A DNA stretch of 36,627 nucleotides from a virus (IMGVR_UViG_3300045116_000675:1-36627), one strand, 5' to 3'; positions 25,196-35,193 are shown, numbered from the stretch's first letter. Program-made: numbers and translations. Notes: generated by a model not told the origin, from the sequence alone.

Positions 25196-26496
25196 TATTA
25201 ACCGGTCAAAAAAGTGATTTTAGCTTAGAGTCAAGCAAAACACCTATTGTGAAATCTAAACACGATATAAACTATATTTCTCCTGCCGATTTAAGCGGAT
25301 GCATTGCATATTGGGATTTTAATGAGTACATTGATTTAAACAGCGGTTTTTTAAAGAATATTACAAATTTTTCAACTGAATATTCGAACTTTCAGCAAAG
25401 AGGTAATAGACCTGTTGATATTTCACTTCAGAATGGATCCGTTTTATGGTTAAAATTTAATTTAGCAAGCGGCGCAGCGCAAGACTCGTGCGGTGTTTTA
25501 AATAATCAATTTGACAAAGACTTAAATGATATATATGCATCGGGTTGGGATGGGTTCATATTTGATCTTTATCTATCTGGGAATACATATGCTATTTCTG
25601 CGTCCAATACAGACTTTATTACTTATCTTGGAAGTGATCTAAGGGTTGGAGGTTTTACAAATTCCGCAGCATCATGGGCACACAATAGAAACCAACTTCC
25701 AACTACAGGATATCTTAATCCAGCAAGTATGTTTCAATTTATGCAGGCAAAAACAAATAACCCAAATGAATGGATTGGTAGTTACGCCGATGAAATAGCA
25801 TTCATTTTTGAAGCTTCTGGACTAACAGGAAGTGCTATAATAGGAATAGGTGACCTAAAGGCATATAAAAGTCCAACTGCATACGATAAAGTTAATGGCC
25901 TACCGTTTAAAAGTCTTAATGTCGTTTCATGTGATGGATCAAACGGCAGAGGATTAGACTTTGATTCCGGAATAGGCACTTGTATTTTATCTGGTGAGAT
26001 TCTAAAGAACATAACAAATCAATGGACTGTGTCTTACTGGTTGCAAACAAAAAATGCTGGCGGGCTCGTTATTGCTGGCGGAAGTTCCGGGGTTTATGAA
26101 ACAATCAGAATGGACAATGGAGCAACATCATGCAATGTTCAATTATCCAGCGGTACATCGTATAGAGAAAGTATTCAAAATCTGTACTATCGTGCAGATT
26201 TAGGATCACCAGATTTTGATTTATATCAACATAATGCATTCACTTACAAGAACGGTTCATTAAATTATTATTTTAATGGTGGATTAAGAGACACGAGAAC
26301 TACAACATTTCAAGCCGTAAACCCAAATGGATTTTATGTTTTAGGCAGACGAGGTTATTTTTCAGAAAGCAAATCGTATTTTTGGCTTGATGATTTAGCC
26401 TTTTTTGATAGGGAATTAAATATCGACGAGATTGGTAGTTTAGCAAGATTTTCAAGAATTAAACCAATAACAATAATCGCAAAGGAGGAAACATGA
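25192..26496 (+). CDS. LamG/concanavalin A-like lectin-domain virion protein
   Basis: IAYWDFNE...WTVSYWL...QHNAFTY...YYFNG...LDDLAFFDRELNIDEI; TTG start overlapping the previous stop. Confidence 0.75.
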   Translation: MILTGQKSDFSLESSKTPIVKSKHDINYISPADLSGCIAYWDFNEYIDLNSGFLKNITNFSTEYSNFQQRGNRPVDISLQNGSVLWLKFNLASGAAQDSCGVLNNQFDKDLNDIYASGWDGFIFDLYLSGNTYAISASNTDFITYLGSDLRVGGFTNSAASWAHNRNQLPTTGYLNPASMFQFMQAKTNNPNEWIGSYADEIAFIFEASGLTGSAIIGIGDLKAYKSPTAYDKVNGLPFKSLNVVSCDGSNGRGLDFDSGIGTCILSGEILKNITNQWTVSYWLQTKNAGGLVIAGGSSGVYETIRMDNGATSCNVQLSSGTSYRESIQNLYYRADLGSPDFDLYQHNAFTYKNGSLNYYFNGGLRDTRTTTFQAVNPNGFYVLGRRGYFSESKSYFWLDDLAFFDRELNIDEIGSLARFSRIKPITIIAKEET

Positions 26497-26825
26497 CTGA
26501 CATATTTGAAATAAAGAGAAACGATACAAAGCCGTATTTGAGTGTGACTCTTCAATATGCTAATGGGTCTGCAGTAGACTTAACTGGAGGCAGTGTTCTC
26601 TTTAATTTAGCAAGAAATGATAATACTTACGCAACAGTTTTTAGCGGACTTTGTGTGATCACTGGTAGTTTGACCGGCGAATGTGAGTATCAATGGACTG
26701 CGTCAAACACAAACAGATCTGGTTTGTACTTGGGAGAATTTCAAATCAATTTAAGCGGCGGGAAAATTATGACATTGCCAAGTGATCATAGCTTGTTAAT
26801 TAAAATAAACGAGGATTACGCATGA
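26493..26825 (+). CDS. BppU N-terminal-like virion protein
   Basis: FEIKRNDTKP.L..TL.....AVDLTG...G.CEYQW...G.Y.GEF...TLPS. Confidence 0.7.
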   Translation: MTDIFEIKRNDTKPYLSVTLQYANGSAVDLTGGSVLFNLARNDNTYATVFSGLCVITGSLTGECEYQWTASNTNRSGLYLGEFQINLSGGKIMTLPSDHSLLIKINEDYA

Positions 26826-27235
26826 TAAAGGATAAACTCTTAACTGGAATTGGAAGTATAATTAAAGAAGCTGGGAAGGTTATTAAAGTTAGTTATTACA
26901 ACTCAACATTTGATCCAGTGTATGATGATTCAATAATTTTAACATACTCCGGCGCAACATGGACCAGTGGGATAGTCTTACCAATAAAACTTGGTGCAAA
27001 TGAATCTGTTTTAATGGAGCAAGGAAAATTACTTGATTCAGATCAAACGCTGTATATGGATGCGAATATCCCGCTTACTGGAAGTGAGATGATAATTAAA
27101 ATAGGGTTGGGAAGTCCAGTAACAGAAAACTATCAGGTTTTAGACCTAATCCAAACAGCCCAAGTTTCAAACACCGGGATATACAAAAAGGCGTATATCA
27201 GAAGAATGACAACAGGGAGTTTGTATGGAGAATGA
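26822..27235 (+). CDS. Head closure protein (putative)
   Basis: Neck-module position; 137-aa beta-rich. Confidence 0.55.
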   Translation: MIKDKLLTGIGSIIKEAGKVIKVSYYNSTFDPVYDDSIILTYSGATWTSGIVLPIKLGANESVLMEQGKLLDSDQTLYMDANIPLTGSEMIIKIGLGSPVTENYQVLDLIQTAQVSNTGIYKKAYIRRMTTGSLYGE

Positions 27236-27600
27236 GCGTTAAGGTAACGGTCGAAGGAGTACCCGAAGCAATAGAATACTTAAAGAAATCACAAAAAAAC
27301 GCAGAAGAAAAAATTAAGATCTCGATGTCAAAGTCAGCGATATTTATACAGGGAGAGGTTAAATCGAGTATTGCTGGTCAAAGAGCAGAACCAACAAGCG
27401 TGGATACTGGAAGATTTCTTAACAGTGTAGACTTTAAGGTTGGAGACGAGGACGCAGTTATTTTCACCATGGTACCATACGCTAAGTTCTTAGAATGGGG
27501 AACAACCAGACTTAATCCGCGAAGGCACTTTAACAATTCCAAAGATAGAAACAAAGAAAAGATAGTACAGATATTTCAGGCAGAGATAAACAATATATAA
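27232..27600 (+). CDS. HK97 gp10-like tail completion/neck protein
   Basis: VDTGRFLNSV...YAKFLEWGT...PRRHF. Confidence 0.8.
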   Translation: MSVKVTVEGVPEAIEYLKKSQKNAEEKIKISMSKSAIFIQGEVKSSIAGQRAEPTSVDTGRFLNSVDFKVGDEDAVIFTMVPYAKFLEWGTTRLNPRRHFNNSKDRNKEKIVQIFQAEINNI

Positions 27601-27622
27601 ACATCTACTTAATGATTAAATA
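27592..27622 (+). promoter_or_regulatory. Putative late promoter of the tail operon
   Basis: AATATATAA-acat-CTACTTAATG-ATTAAATA, matching 21667-21697. Confidence 0.7.
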
Positions 27623-27669
27623 CTTAATTTGATTACTAAAATTACCAAGCGAGGAATTAAGCCAAAGCG

Positions 27670-28119
27670 ATGGCAAGCAGAACAACACTAATCAGGGATT
27701 TACTATTCTTTTTGAAGAATACAATTAGTCAGAACATTGAAGATCCAATCTCAAGTTCAAGACCTCCTAAATCTGCTTTTGTTTTGACATCTTATCCGTC
27801 AAGACCGCCTGCATATCCAATAATCACTCTTAAAGTTACGAACCTTGAAGCTCGAAGAGTTGGTCTCGCAACAAATGATGCAAATATTACTCTGTCGGTT
27901 GAAATCAGAATTTGGGCGAGAAACGAATTAGAAAAAGATGCAATTTACACGCAACTGCTTGATACATTATTCAACGAACAATATTCATCAAACGGAAGCA
28001 TCAATAATGATTTTCACGATTTCAATGTCACCAGTTCAGTCGAAGTCGATGAACCTGGAGACGTAGGAATTAAATCAAGAATCATGCAATGTTATTACAG
28101 ATTCTTTAAAAATACATGA
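27670..28119 (+). CDS. Tail terminator protein (putative)
   Basis: Immediately before tail tube gene; YP...YPIITL...VEIRIWA. Confidence 0.6.
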   Translation: MASRTTLIRDLLFFLKNTISQNIEDPISSSRPPKSAFVLTSYPSRPPAYPIITLKVTNLEARRVGLATNDANITLSVEIRIWARNELEKDAIYTQLLDTLFNEQYSSNGSINNDFHDFNVTSSVEVDEPGDVGIKSRIMQCYYRFFKNT

Positions 28120-28131
28120 AAGGAGGGATAA

Positions 28132-29127
28132 ATGGGAAGATACACATCAGACGATAACACGGTTATATTAAAGCACGAGTCTGGGACGTATGCGATTGCG
28201 TCAGGTAATGGATACTGGATTGGATTGATTGAAGAAAACTCGATCAATGATAATGAATCTTATTCAAAGTATCGTTACGTTGGAACTGGTAGTCGTACCG
28301 CAGTTACTTGGGAACAAGGAAACAACATGGTAGACGGAACTCTTACTTATAGAGTTCAGGACTGGAGATTACCATTTTGGTGTATTGGATCAACATTTGA
28401 TACTTCTGGAACAAACTGTACTCATACAGCAACAGAAATATTAACTGGCGGAAATCAGTCGCCATTTACATCAGGACCTTTAAATCCACCAATTAGCTTT
28501 ACGCTTGAAGATGCAAAGAAAACATACGGAACAAACGATAACTTTATCAGAACAGTAGTCGGGTGCATTCCTAATTCATGTACAATAAACATGAACCAGG
28601 GAGAAAGAATAACGTGCGAGTTATCATACATTGGGCAATCGTCTAATTTTAGTTCAGGTACAGCAACATCAGTTACAGCACTTAGCGGATTGTCTTATCA
28701 ATGGGGTGGTGTTTCTATCACTGTAGCCGGAAGCCAACTCAAGACAGTAAAATCTGCAACATTCGAAATAAATAACAATATCGAACCGGCGTTTTACTTA
28801 AATGGTTCAAGAGTTACAGACGTACCGATACCTGGAAATAAAGACTACACTCTTTCAATTACAATGGATGGTTATTCAGCCGATATGAGACTACTTTACA
28901 ATGCGCTCTACAAAGGTTCAAATAGTTTTAACACAACGATCAATTTAAGTGAAGATAATACAACAACTGGAAGTTTACACGCTACATTTATATTGTCAGG
29001 GTGCAGAGTAATCAGCGCAGACGTGCCAAGTACATCAGAGGGAGTTAATGAAGCAACCTTTGAAATCGGAGCTCAAAACTGTTCAGCACAAAGTTGGGAT
29101 CGTATCCTAAAGTATAATCCGTGGTAA
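28132..29127 (+). CDS. Major tail tube protein
   Basis: 331 aa, S/T/G-rich; SFTLE, GC...S.TI, FEINNN; precedes chaperone and tape measure genes. Confidence 0.8.
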   Translation: MGRYTSDDNTVILKHESGTYAIASGNGYWIGLIEENSINDNESYSKYRYVGTGSRTAVTWEQGNNMVDGTLTYRVQDWRLPFWCIGSTFDTSGTNCTHTATEILTGGNQSPFTSGPLNPPISFTLEDAKKTYGTNDNFIRTVVGCIPNSCTINMNQGERITCELSYIGQSSNFSSGTATSVTALSGLSYQWGGVSITVAGSQLKTVKSATFEINNNIEPAFYLNGSRVTDVPIPGNKDYTLSITMDGYSADMRLLYNALYKGSNSFNTTINLSEDNTTTGSLHATFILSGCRVISADVPSTSEGVNEATFEIGAQNCSAQSWDRILKYNPW

Positions 29128-29387
29128 TGGAAAAGAAATATAAACTCGGTGAAAAAGAGGTTATTGTAAGCGAAATTAGTTACTTTGATGCGTTAGAAAT
29201 TGAAGAAGTTAGGCAAACCAGCATAAAAAATGCTGCAAGAAAACTTCTTGAAAAATCAACAAATTTGACGCAGGAAGAACTTGATAGGCTTAATCTCAAG
29301 GATGGACTGGAAATCCAAAAATTAGTAAACGAAGTAAACAAATTCGGGGATTTTCAGGCGAGTGGCCAGCCAGGCGCGGTGAATTAA
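29127..29387 (+). CDS. Tail assembly chaperone (gpG-like)
   Basis: Between tube and tape measure genes; ATG 29127 in a TAATG overlap. Confidence 0.75.
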   Translation: MEKKYKLGEKEVIVSEISYFDALEIEEVRQTSIKNAARKLLEKSTNLTQEELDRLNLKDGLEIQKLVNEVNKFGDFQASGQPGAVN

Positions 29388-29536
29388 TTATTTGTAAATT
29401 TTACGGTTGGACACTCGAATACGTCAAGAGAATGCCTATTGCCGATTACAATAACGCTGTCAATTACATTGAGGAGTATAATCGCAAGGTGAAACAACAA
29501 AACAAAAAATCCAATAGACATGGCAGACATACTTGA
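29348..29536 (+). CDS. -1 frameshift extension of the tail chaperone (gpGT-like)
   Basis: G-GAT-TTT at 29348-29354; -1 frame open for 60 codons (SGEWPARRGELIICKFYGWTLEYVKRMP...) to TGA 29534-29536. Confidence 0.75.
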   Translation, partial: GFSGEWPARRGELIICKFYGWTLEYVKRMPIADYNNAVNYIEEYNRKVKQQNKKSNRHGRHT

Positions 29537-31388
29537 AAGTATAGGCACCGGGGCAACAGTCGCAATCACAATAAAGGCGATAGACAAATTTAGTAGCACC
29601 TTTACTAAAGCTTCTACGAGCATGAAAGCTCTTGAGGTTGGTCTTGCGGCAGCGGCTACAGCGGCCGTGGCAATAGGGGCAGCTTTAACTAAGGTTGCAA
29701 CAGCTTCTGTTGAAACTGCAGCAGAATTTAATACGTTTATGCAAAAGGCCGGCGCAAACGTAAGGTTAACAACGGAAGAAACAGAAAAGTACGGAGATGC
29801 TGTCTTAGGTGTAGCAAATAGTCTTAATGTAACAGGACAGGAGGCTGCAAAAACATTTCAATTCTTAGTCGGTGGTTCTGTTAGCGCTAAGGAAGGTTTA
29901 GATGTATTGGATGAAACAATTAAATTTGCCAAAGCAAACAATATTGACTATGAAAAATCTGCTATAATTACATCTCAGGCTATGACTCTTTTCGGATTAA
30001 CAACCGAAGAAACAGCTAAAACCTTGGATATTCTAACAAGAAGCGGCCAAATATCTTATCAAAAGGCCGATCAATTGGCTAATGCATTTCAAGAAGCAGC
30101 ACCGATGGCTGCGCAACTCGGAGTGAATATAGTCGATTTAACTGCAATTTTAGATGCGATGGGCGATACCGGAACAATGGGGAGCGAAGCAGGAGTTGCC
30201 TTAAAAAGAGCTATGTTGGAACTACTTAAACCATCTGAGAGTGCGCAAGAAGCATTACAAATGCTTGGTCTAAGCGCAGAACAAATTCAAGCGCAATTAA
30301 GTAATCCGATTGAGGTATTACGAATGCTTGAGAATGCTATGCGTGATATAGAAGATCCGACACAAAAAGCAATCATATTATCAGAAATATTCGGAAAAAT
30401 TTCAGGTCCGGCGATGGCTGCGTTATTATTAAAGGGGGTTGATAGTATTGATAAATTAAAGACCGAATTAGAAAATGCCGGCGGAACACTTGATGATGTA
30501 ACAAATAAAGTAAACGCCGCAGAAAACCCATTTGAGGTTCTTAGAAAAAAAATAAATAATCTCGGAATAGACATTGGTAATGAGTTATTACCAACAATGA
30601 CCGACCTTATGAATGTAATTAGCGAAGAAGTAATACCAGCAATCAGACCATTAATCCCACTTTTCGGACAAGCACTTAAACAAGTTATAGAAGCAATTAT
30701 ACCAATAATCAGGGATAACATAGACGAACTACAAGAGCTTGCTCGAATATTATTTGAAGAATTGATACCGGCCGCCCTTCCATTAATACCAGTTGTTTCT
30801 CAGTTAATTTCCCTTTTCCTTCAATTAGCTGCAATGGTTGGTAAGTTTTTAGCGCCCGTACTAAATATAATAAACCCTTTAATCGTTGATCTGTTCAATG
30901 CATTAAAACCAATACTCGAACCAGTAACAATTTTGATTGGTGCTGTTTTCGACTTAGCAGAAGCAATATTAACATCCTTAGCTCCAGTTTTCAAAATGAT
31001 AATTCCACTCGCTCAGGCATTGGTCGTGCCATTGAAATGGTTGATTGAATTAATCTCAACAATAGTCGAATGGTTAGGGAAGGCGTACGACGCAGCATTA
31101 GAAATATTGGGTCTTGAGCAAAAGGATAAATCTAAGGGCAAATCTAAGAAACGAGATATAGTGAGGGGAAGAGTTGTAGACGGAGAAGTAATATACTTGA
31201 ACGACTTTATCTTAACTAAATCTGGAAAAATAATCAGGCCATCTCCCGATGACAATATAATGGGATTCAAGGGAAAATCTCCAGGAAACACAATAATATT
31301 TAATATAGAAAAAATTCAGGGTGTAGATCCTGATGATATGATGGAGGCATTTCAACGGGAATTGAGTAGAAAAATAAGTTTATCATAA
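29520..31388 (+). CDS. Tail tape measure protein (TP901-type core)
   Basis: Ala-rich helical; GSEAGVALKRAM, IFG; amphipathic Pro-periodic C-terminal repeats. Confidence 0.92.
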   Translation: MADILESIGTGATVAITIKAIDKFSSTFTKASTSMKALEVGLAAAATAAVAIGAALTKVATASVETAAEFNTFMQKAGANVRLTTEETEKYGDAVLGVANSLNVTGQEAAKTFQFLVGGSVSAKEGLDVLDETIKFAKANNIDYEKSAIITSQAMTLFGLTTEETAKTLDILTRSGQISYQKADQLANAFQEAAPMAAQLGVNIVDLTAILDAMGDTGTMGSEAGVALKRAMLELLKPSESAQEALQMLGLSAEQIQAQLSNPIEVLRMLENAMRDIEDPTQKAIILSEIFGKISGPAMAALLLKGVDSIDKLKTELENAGGTLDDVTNKVNAAENPFEVLRKKINNLGIDIGNELLPTMTDLMNVISEEVIPAIRPLIPLFGQALKQVIEAIIPIIRDNIDELQELARILFEELIPAALPLIPVVSQLISLFLQLAAMVGKFLAPVLNIINPLIVDLFNALKPILEPVTILIGAVFDLAEAILTSLAPVFKMIIPLAQALVVPLKWLIELISTIVEWLGKAYDAALEILGLEQKDKSKGKSKKRDIVRGRVVDGEVIYLNDFILTKSGKIIRPSPDDNIMGFKGKSPGNTIIFNIEKIQGVDPDDMMEAFQRELSRKISLS

Positions 31389-32158
31389 TGGCAACCTTTG
31401 GAAACGTAATCTCTGGGACAGTTAATGTCCTGGGTGCATCAAATTATAAGTATGCATCTAAAGTAGTTTTATCGTCTGCCGGAAGCGTAACGAGTCTGCA
31501 TGCATATTGTGGTAGTACAAGTGCTGGAGCGGGTTATGCCAGAATGGCTGTCTATCAATATGCCCCTGGGAGTAATTACATGGGTGCGACTGGATCTATC
31601 CTTATCAATAGTTCGCAATCATGGAAAACCTTTACTTTCGGAACACCTCTCGGTTTACCAATTGGAAGTTATGCACTGGCCATGCTCGGTCAAAGCGGGG
31701 TTTACATGTATTCCTCTGGAACTGCCAGTAATGGTGCGATAGATGATGATGTTTGGCCAGGATTTGATACATCTTGGGTTGGAGGAAGTGCAGATTTCAC
31801 AGTCGGATGGCATTTCGGATTTTTTGGAAGTTATACGCCGTCTGCAGGAAGCACTTGGTATCAACTAACTACAAAGGTTAGTCCTGCTGGTGCAGGAAAT
31901 GTAACGCCATCCGGGGTAACAATGCAATCAGGTACATTCAGTGTAACGGCTTATCCGACAACTGGATATTATTTTGATTCGTGGACTGGTGCAATTACAG
32001 GATCGGATAACCCGTATGAATTTACAATAGCTGCTACATCTGTAATTTCCGGTAATTTTCTTGAAACTGGGAGCGCGTCGCCCTCTGGAACATCAATTAA
32101 TTATGATTTACCAATCACTGGGGTGACCAAAGTTTATACAACATTGAGGATAGTATGA
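31388..32158 (+). CDS. Tail-associated protein with an InlB B-repeat-like domain
   Basis: G/S/T-rich; SPAGAGNVTPSG...VTAYPTTGYYFDSWTG....NP. Confidence 0.65.
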   Translation: MATFGNVISGTVNVLGASNYKYASKVVLSSAGSVTSLHAYCGSTSAGAGYARMAVYQYAPGSNYMGATGSILINSSQSWKTFTFGTPLGLPIGSYALAMLGQSGVYMYSSGTASNGAIDDDVWPGFDTSWVGGSADFTVGWHFGFFGSYTPSAGSTWYQLTTKVSPAGAGNVTPSGVTMQSGTFSVTAYPTTGYYFDSWTGAITGSDNPYEFTIAATSVISGNFLETGSASPSGTSINYDLPITGVTKVYTTLRIV

Positions 32159-34833
32159 TAGTACAAACATCTAAGAATATAGGAGTAAGAAGAACAATAA
32201 ATGACTACAATGCTACGAGCAGCTTTGATGCCGAATTTGATAACTATGCCGGCAGATATGCTGGAAGTTTCAACTTAGATCAGGATGTTTATGTTTATGC
32301 TGATAATGGCAGTTATGTTTTTGAACCATTCAACCAATTGGGAAGTTGGACGTACGGATTTAATTCAATATCGGCTGCACTTTCATCCGATTATTCGCAA
32401 GATGGTAGTTCATTAAAAATCGTAACACAATCCGGTACTGGCGGATATGGAACCACCATAAACAATTACGCAAACTTATTTTATGATTTACCTACATTGA
32501 CAAGCGGAACAAAAATAGGATTTTATGCGTATCTACCGGGATCACTTTATCAATCAATTTCATCTCTGTCGTTTAGTCTTGGCAGTGTAGTAGCCGGGGC
32601 GTCGCAAGCTAATCTATATAAAACCTTTACAACTATTGGTTCGCAATGGAATAAATTTGAAGTATATCTTGGTAGTATGAGTTCTGCAGGAGGATATACT
32701 ATTGGAAGTTTACAAAACACATTTTATAAAATGAGATTAGTTGATTCTTATAATCCGGGTTCACTCGGGCCCGGAAGTTATGCATATTATATGGATAATA
32801 TTTATGCGCAATCAACCGATGGCGCAAACAAAAGACTTTTCAAGGGAGTAATCGAGGATATTAATTATGATGCAAACGGATTGAAAGAAAGAGCAACTAT
32901 TTCTGGGAGAGATCTCGGCGCAATCCTGCAAGACAATACTGTTGCGCCGATTATCTTCAAGAACACAGACGCAGGCCAAATTGCAAGGCAAATAATCGCA
33001 CAAAATGTTGATGATAGCAGATTAGATTACAGTACAATATCGGACACAGGGATAACAATTGAAAAAATAACGTTTAGTCATATTAGTGTGTTTGATGCGC
33101 TTAGTAAGGTGGCAGAATTATGTAATTATTACTGGTATGTTGATGAATTTGGTAAGGTTAGATTTATTGAAAAGGAAACAATTGATTCTGGAGTAACCTA
33201 TGGAATCCCAATAATTGACGGTTTAATAACACATTGGAAAATGGATTCTGCGACGGGAAGTGACGAGATTATAGACTCAATCGGTAGTTCAAATTGTATT
33301 CTGGATACAGCATTAGGTCAATTTACAAGTGGACTGTGGAATAATTGTCTTGAAATATATTCAAGTGATGGTATTGGTGTACCGGCAACCGGCGTACCTG
33401 ACACAGAATTAAATAAAACCGGCGGAGATTATCAGCAGTATAGTGTATCATTTTGGTTAAATACATCAACTAATCCGTCATCAACGGGGAGAATACTTGA
33501 AAAAACCGGCGGGGGAGTTTATCCCTTTGTTATTCGATTTACAAACACGGGCAGACTGCAATGTGCACTGTATGATGGCGTAAATAACCCAAGCATAGCA
33601 TCAACCAACTCTCTTTCTGATGGAACATGGCAACATTGCGTTTTTACTGTTGATCGTGACGCTCATGAAATGAAAACATATGTTAATTCTCAACTAAATC
33701 AAACAGTAACTGATACAACTACCGGAAATATTAATAATTCTGGGGATTTGATTTGGGGAAATAATACCGGATTAAACAGGGAATTTGTCGGTAAAGTTGA
33801 TGATTTTAGAATATATAGTAAAACGCTTGATAGTGGAGAAATAAATGCTCTGTACAATGGCGGGAGAGGTGTAAAGTATAGTTATGCGGGAGCCGGTCAG
33901 GGCAATGTGCGAGATGCAAGATTTCGTAATGACGACTCACAAATTTTTAATGAAGTTAGAGTATATGGCGACAAACAATTTACAGGTAAAAGGCAATTTT
34001 ACTTAGCTGGCATTGATTCAATTGGAAGCTCTTATTATTTTGAGGGCAAACCGCATAATGTAATTTTGTCTGTTAGTGGCACCGGTTATATAATTCAACC
34101 TGGCGGAATTTTAAATATTAACAATCCAGATACTGAAGATGTAAAGTTTTTAGTTGATTTTCAGGGCATGAGATTTGTAACTACAAGTGGTGCAGTAGCT
34201 GGTGATAATCACTTTTTGGGAAGTTATCTACAAGCAGATTATCAAGTAACAGTCCCAATATTATCAATAAAACGCGATGAAACATCTCAAGAAGCATACG
34301 GAATTAAAGAGAAAGTTATCGTCGATAAAAATATAAAAGATCCGGTTGAAGCGCAAATAAAAGCAACATCGTTCTTAGCAAATAATAAAGATCCTAAAAT
34401 TCAAGGTGATTTAGACATTAAGGGAGTGATAAACGTCTTTCCAGGTTACACGGCGAGAATAAATTTACCAAACATGGGAGTAGAATACCAAAATTATACA
34501 ATTAATCAAGCAAATTACGATTTTAATAATATTAATAACAATAACGGAAATGTACTCAAAATTAACGTAAACAGAAAACTTGCTGATTTTACTGACACGA
34601 TAAAAGAACAAATGCTTAGACTAAGGCAATTGGAGGCCGGAGATTTTGAGCCAGACATTACTAATTTACAAACTGGAATCGGCAGCTTAGGGATTTCAGG
34701 ACAAACAGTTGCTGTTTTGTTTAACATAGGGTCTGGATTCTTTTTTCACACACCAAATCATAATTTATTTGAAAGTCCAAGTTCGTTATTAGGTCCAATA
34801 ATAGGAGGAAGTACGCTAATCAGCTTGATGTAA
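32155..34833 (+). CDS. Tail hub/baseplate protein with inserted carbohydrate-binding and LamG domains
   Basis: LFKGVIEDI...ISGRD, SVFDALSKVAELCNYYWYVD, NEVRVYG, SQEAYG hub segments; LamG insert THWKMD...WQHCVFT...VDDFRIYSKTLDSGEI. Confidence 0.8.
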   Translation: MIVQTSKNIGVRRTINDYNATSSFDAEFDNYAGRYAGSFNLDQDVYVYADNGSYVFEPFNQLGSWTYGFNSISAALSSDYSQDGSSLKIVTQSGTGGYGTTINNYANLFYDLPTLTSGTKIGFYAYLPGSLYQSISSLSFSLGSVVAGASQANLYKTFTTIGSQWNKFEVYLGSMSSAGGYTIGSLQNTFYKMRLVDSYNPGSLGPGSYAYYMDNIYAQSTDGANKRLFKGVIEDINYDANGLKERATISGRDLGAILQDNTVAPIIFKNTDAGQIARQIIAQNVDDSRLDYSTISDTGITIEKITFSHISVFDALSKVAELCNYYWYVDEFGKVRFIEKETIDSGVTYGIPIIDGLITHWKMDSATGSDEIIDSIGSSNCILDTALGQFTSGLWNNCLEIYSSDGIGVPATGVPDTELNKTGGDYQQYSVSFWLNTSTNPSSTGRILEKTGGGVYPFVIRFTNTGRLQCALYDGVNNPSIASTNSLSDGTWQHCVFTVDRDAHEMKTYVNSQLNQTVTDTTTGNINNSGDLIWGNNTGLNREFVGKVDDFRIYSKTLDSGEINALYNGGRGVKYSYAGAGQGNVRDARFRNDDSQIFNEVRVYGDKQFTGKRQFYLAGIDSIGSSYYFEGKPHNVILSVSGTGYIIQPGGILNINNPDTEDVKFLVDFQGMRFVTTSGAVAGDNHFLGSYLQADYQVTVPILSIKRDETSQEAYGIKEKVIVDKNIKDPVEAQIKATSFLANNKDPKIQGDLDIKGVINVFPGYTARINLPNMGVEYQNYTINQANYDFNNINNNNGNVLKINVNRKLADFTDTIKEQMLRLRQLEAGDFEPDITNLQTGIGSLGISGQTVAVLFNIGSGFFFHTPNHNLFESPSSLLGPIIGGSTLISLM

Positions 34834-34842
34834 GGAGGTAAA

Positions 34843-35193
34843 ATGGGAATAACAACCAATGCTCGAAGTGTAGTTGCAGCCAATATGGGCGGTTCAGCCT
34901 TGCCTTCATTTACGGCAATAGGTATCGGAAGTACAGCATTTAGTTCATCTCAGACGGCGTTAGTCTCTGAGTATGATAGAAATGGGATAACTAATGTAGA
35001 TCTTTCAACAGCGAGTGAAATAACCATCATTTCAGACTTCACGGCGATTGAGATGAGTGGTCTAAGCTTAAGAGAGTTTGGTACATTTACACTCGGGAGT
35101 ACAATGTTAAACAGGGAGGTAGTAGTTGGAAGTGTTGTCTTTAACGGAGATCAAAGTCTTCAGATACAGCAAACATTTCAATTCTTTATATAA
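34843..35193 (+). CDS. Tail-associated hypothetical protein
   Basis: SD AGGAGGT; AIGIGSTA...TALVSE...LREFG pattern seen in tail-fibre-adjacent proteins. Confidence 0.7.
   Translation: MGITTNARSVVAANMGGSALPSFTAIGIGSTAFSSSQTALVSEYDRNGITNVDLSTASEITIISDFTAIEMSGLSLREFGTFTLGSTMLNREVVVGSVVFNGDQSLQIQQTFQFFI

Noticed and set aside
26538-26567. Resemblance of the unit 2 NN string (CT CA AT TA GC AA GG) to CTt CAa TAt GCt AAt GGg
   Set aside because: Requires dropping one dinucleotide and the upstream pairs mismatch; not supportable without statistics
89-34727. Minus-strand ORFs and + strand ORFs 31500..31742 and the 561, 1828, 7589, 9600 extensions in the ORF track
   Set aside because: They are shadows of, or overlap deeply with, well-supported + strand genes; they show no motifs or RBS, and better coupled starts exist downstream
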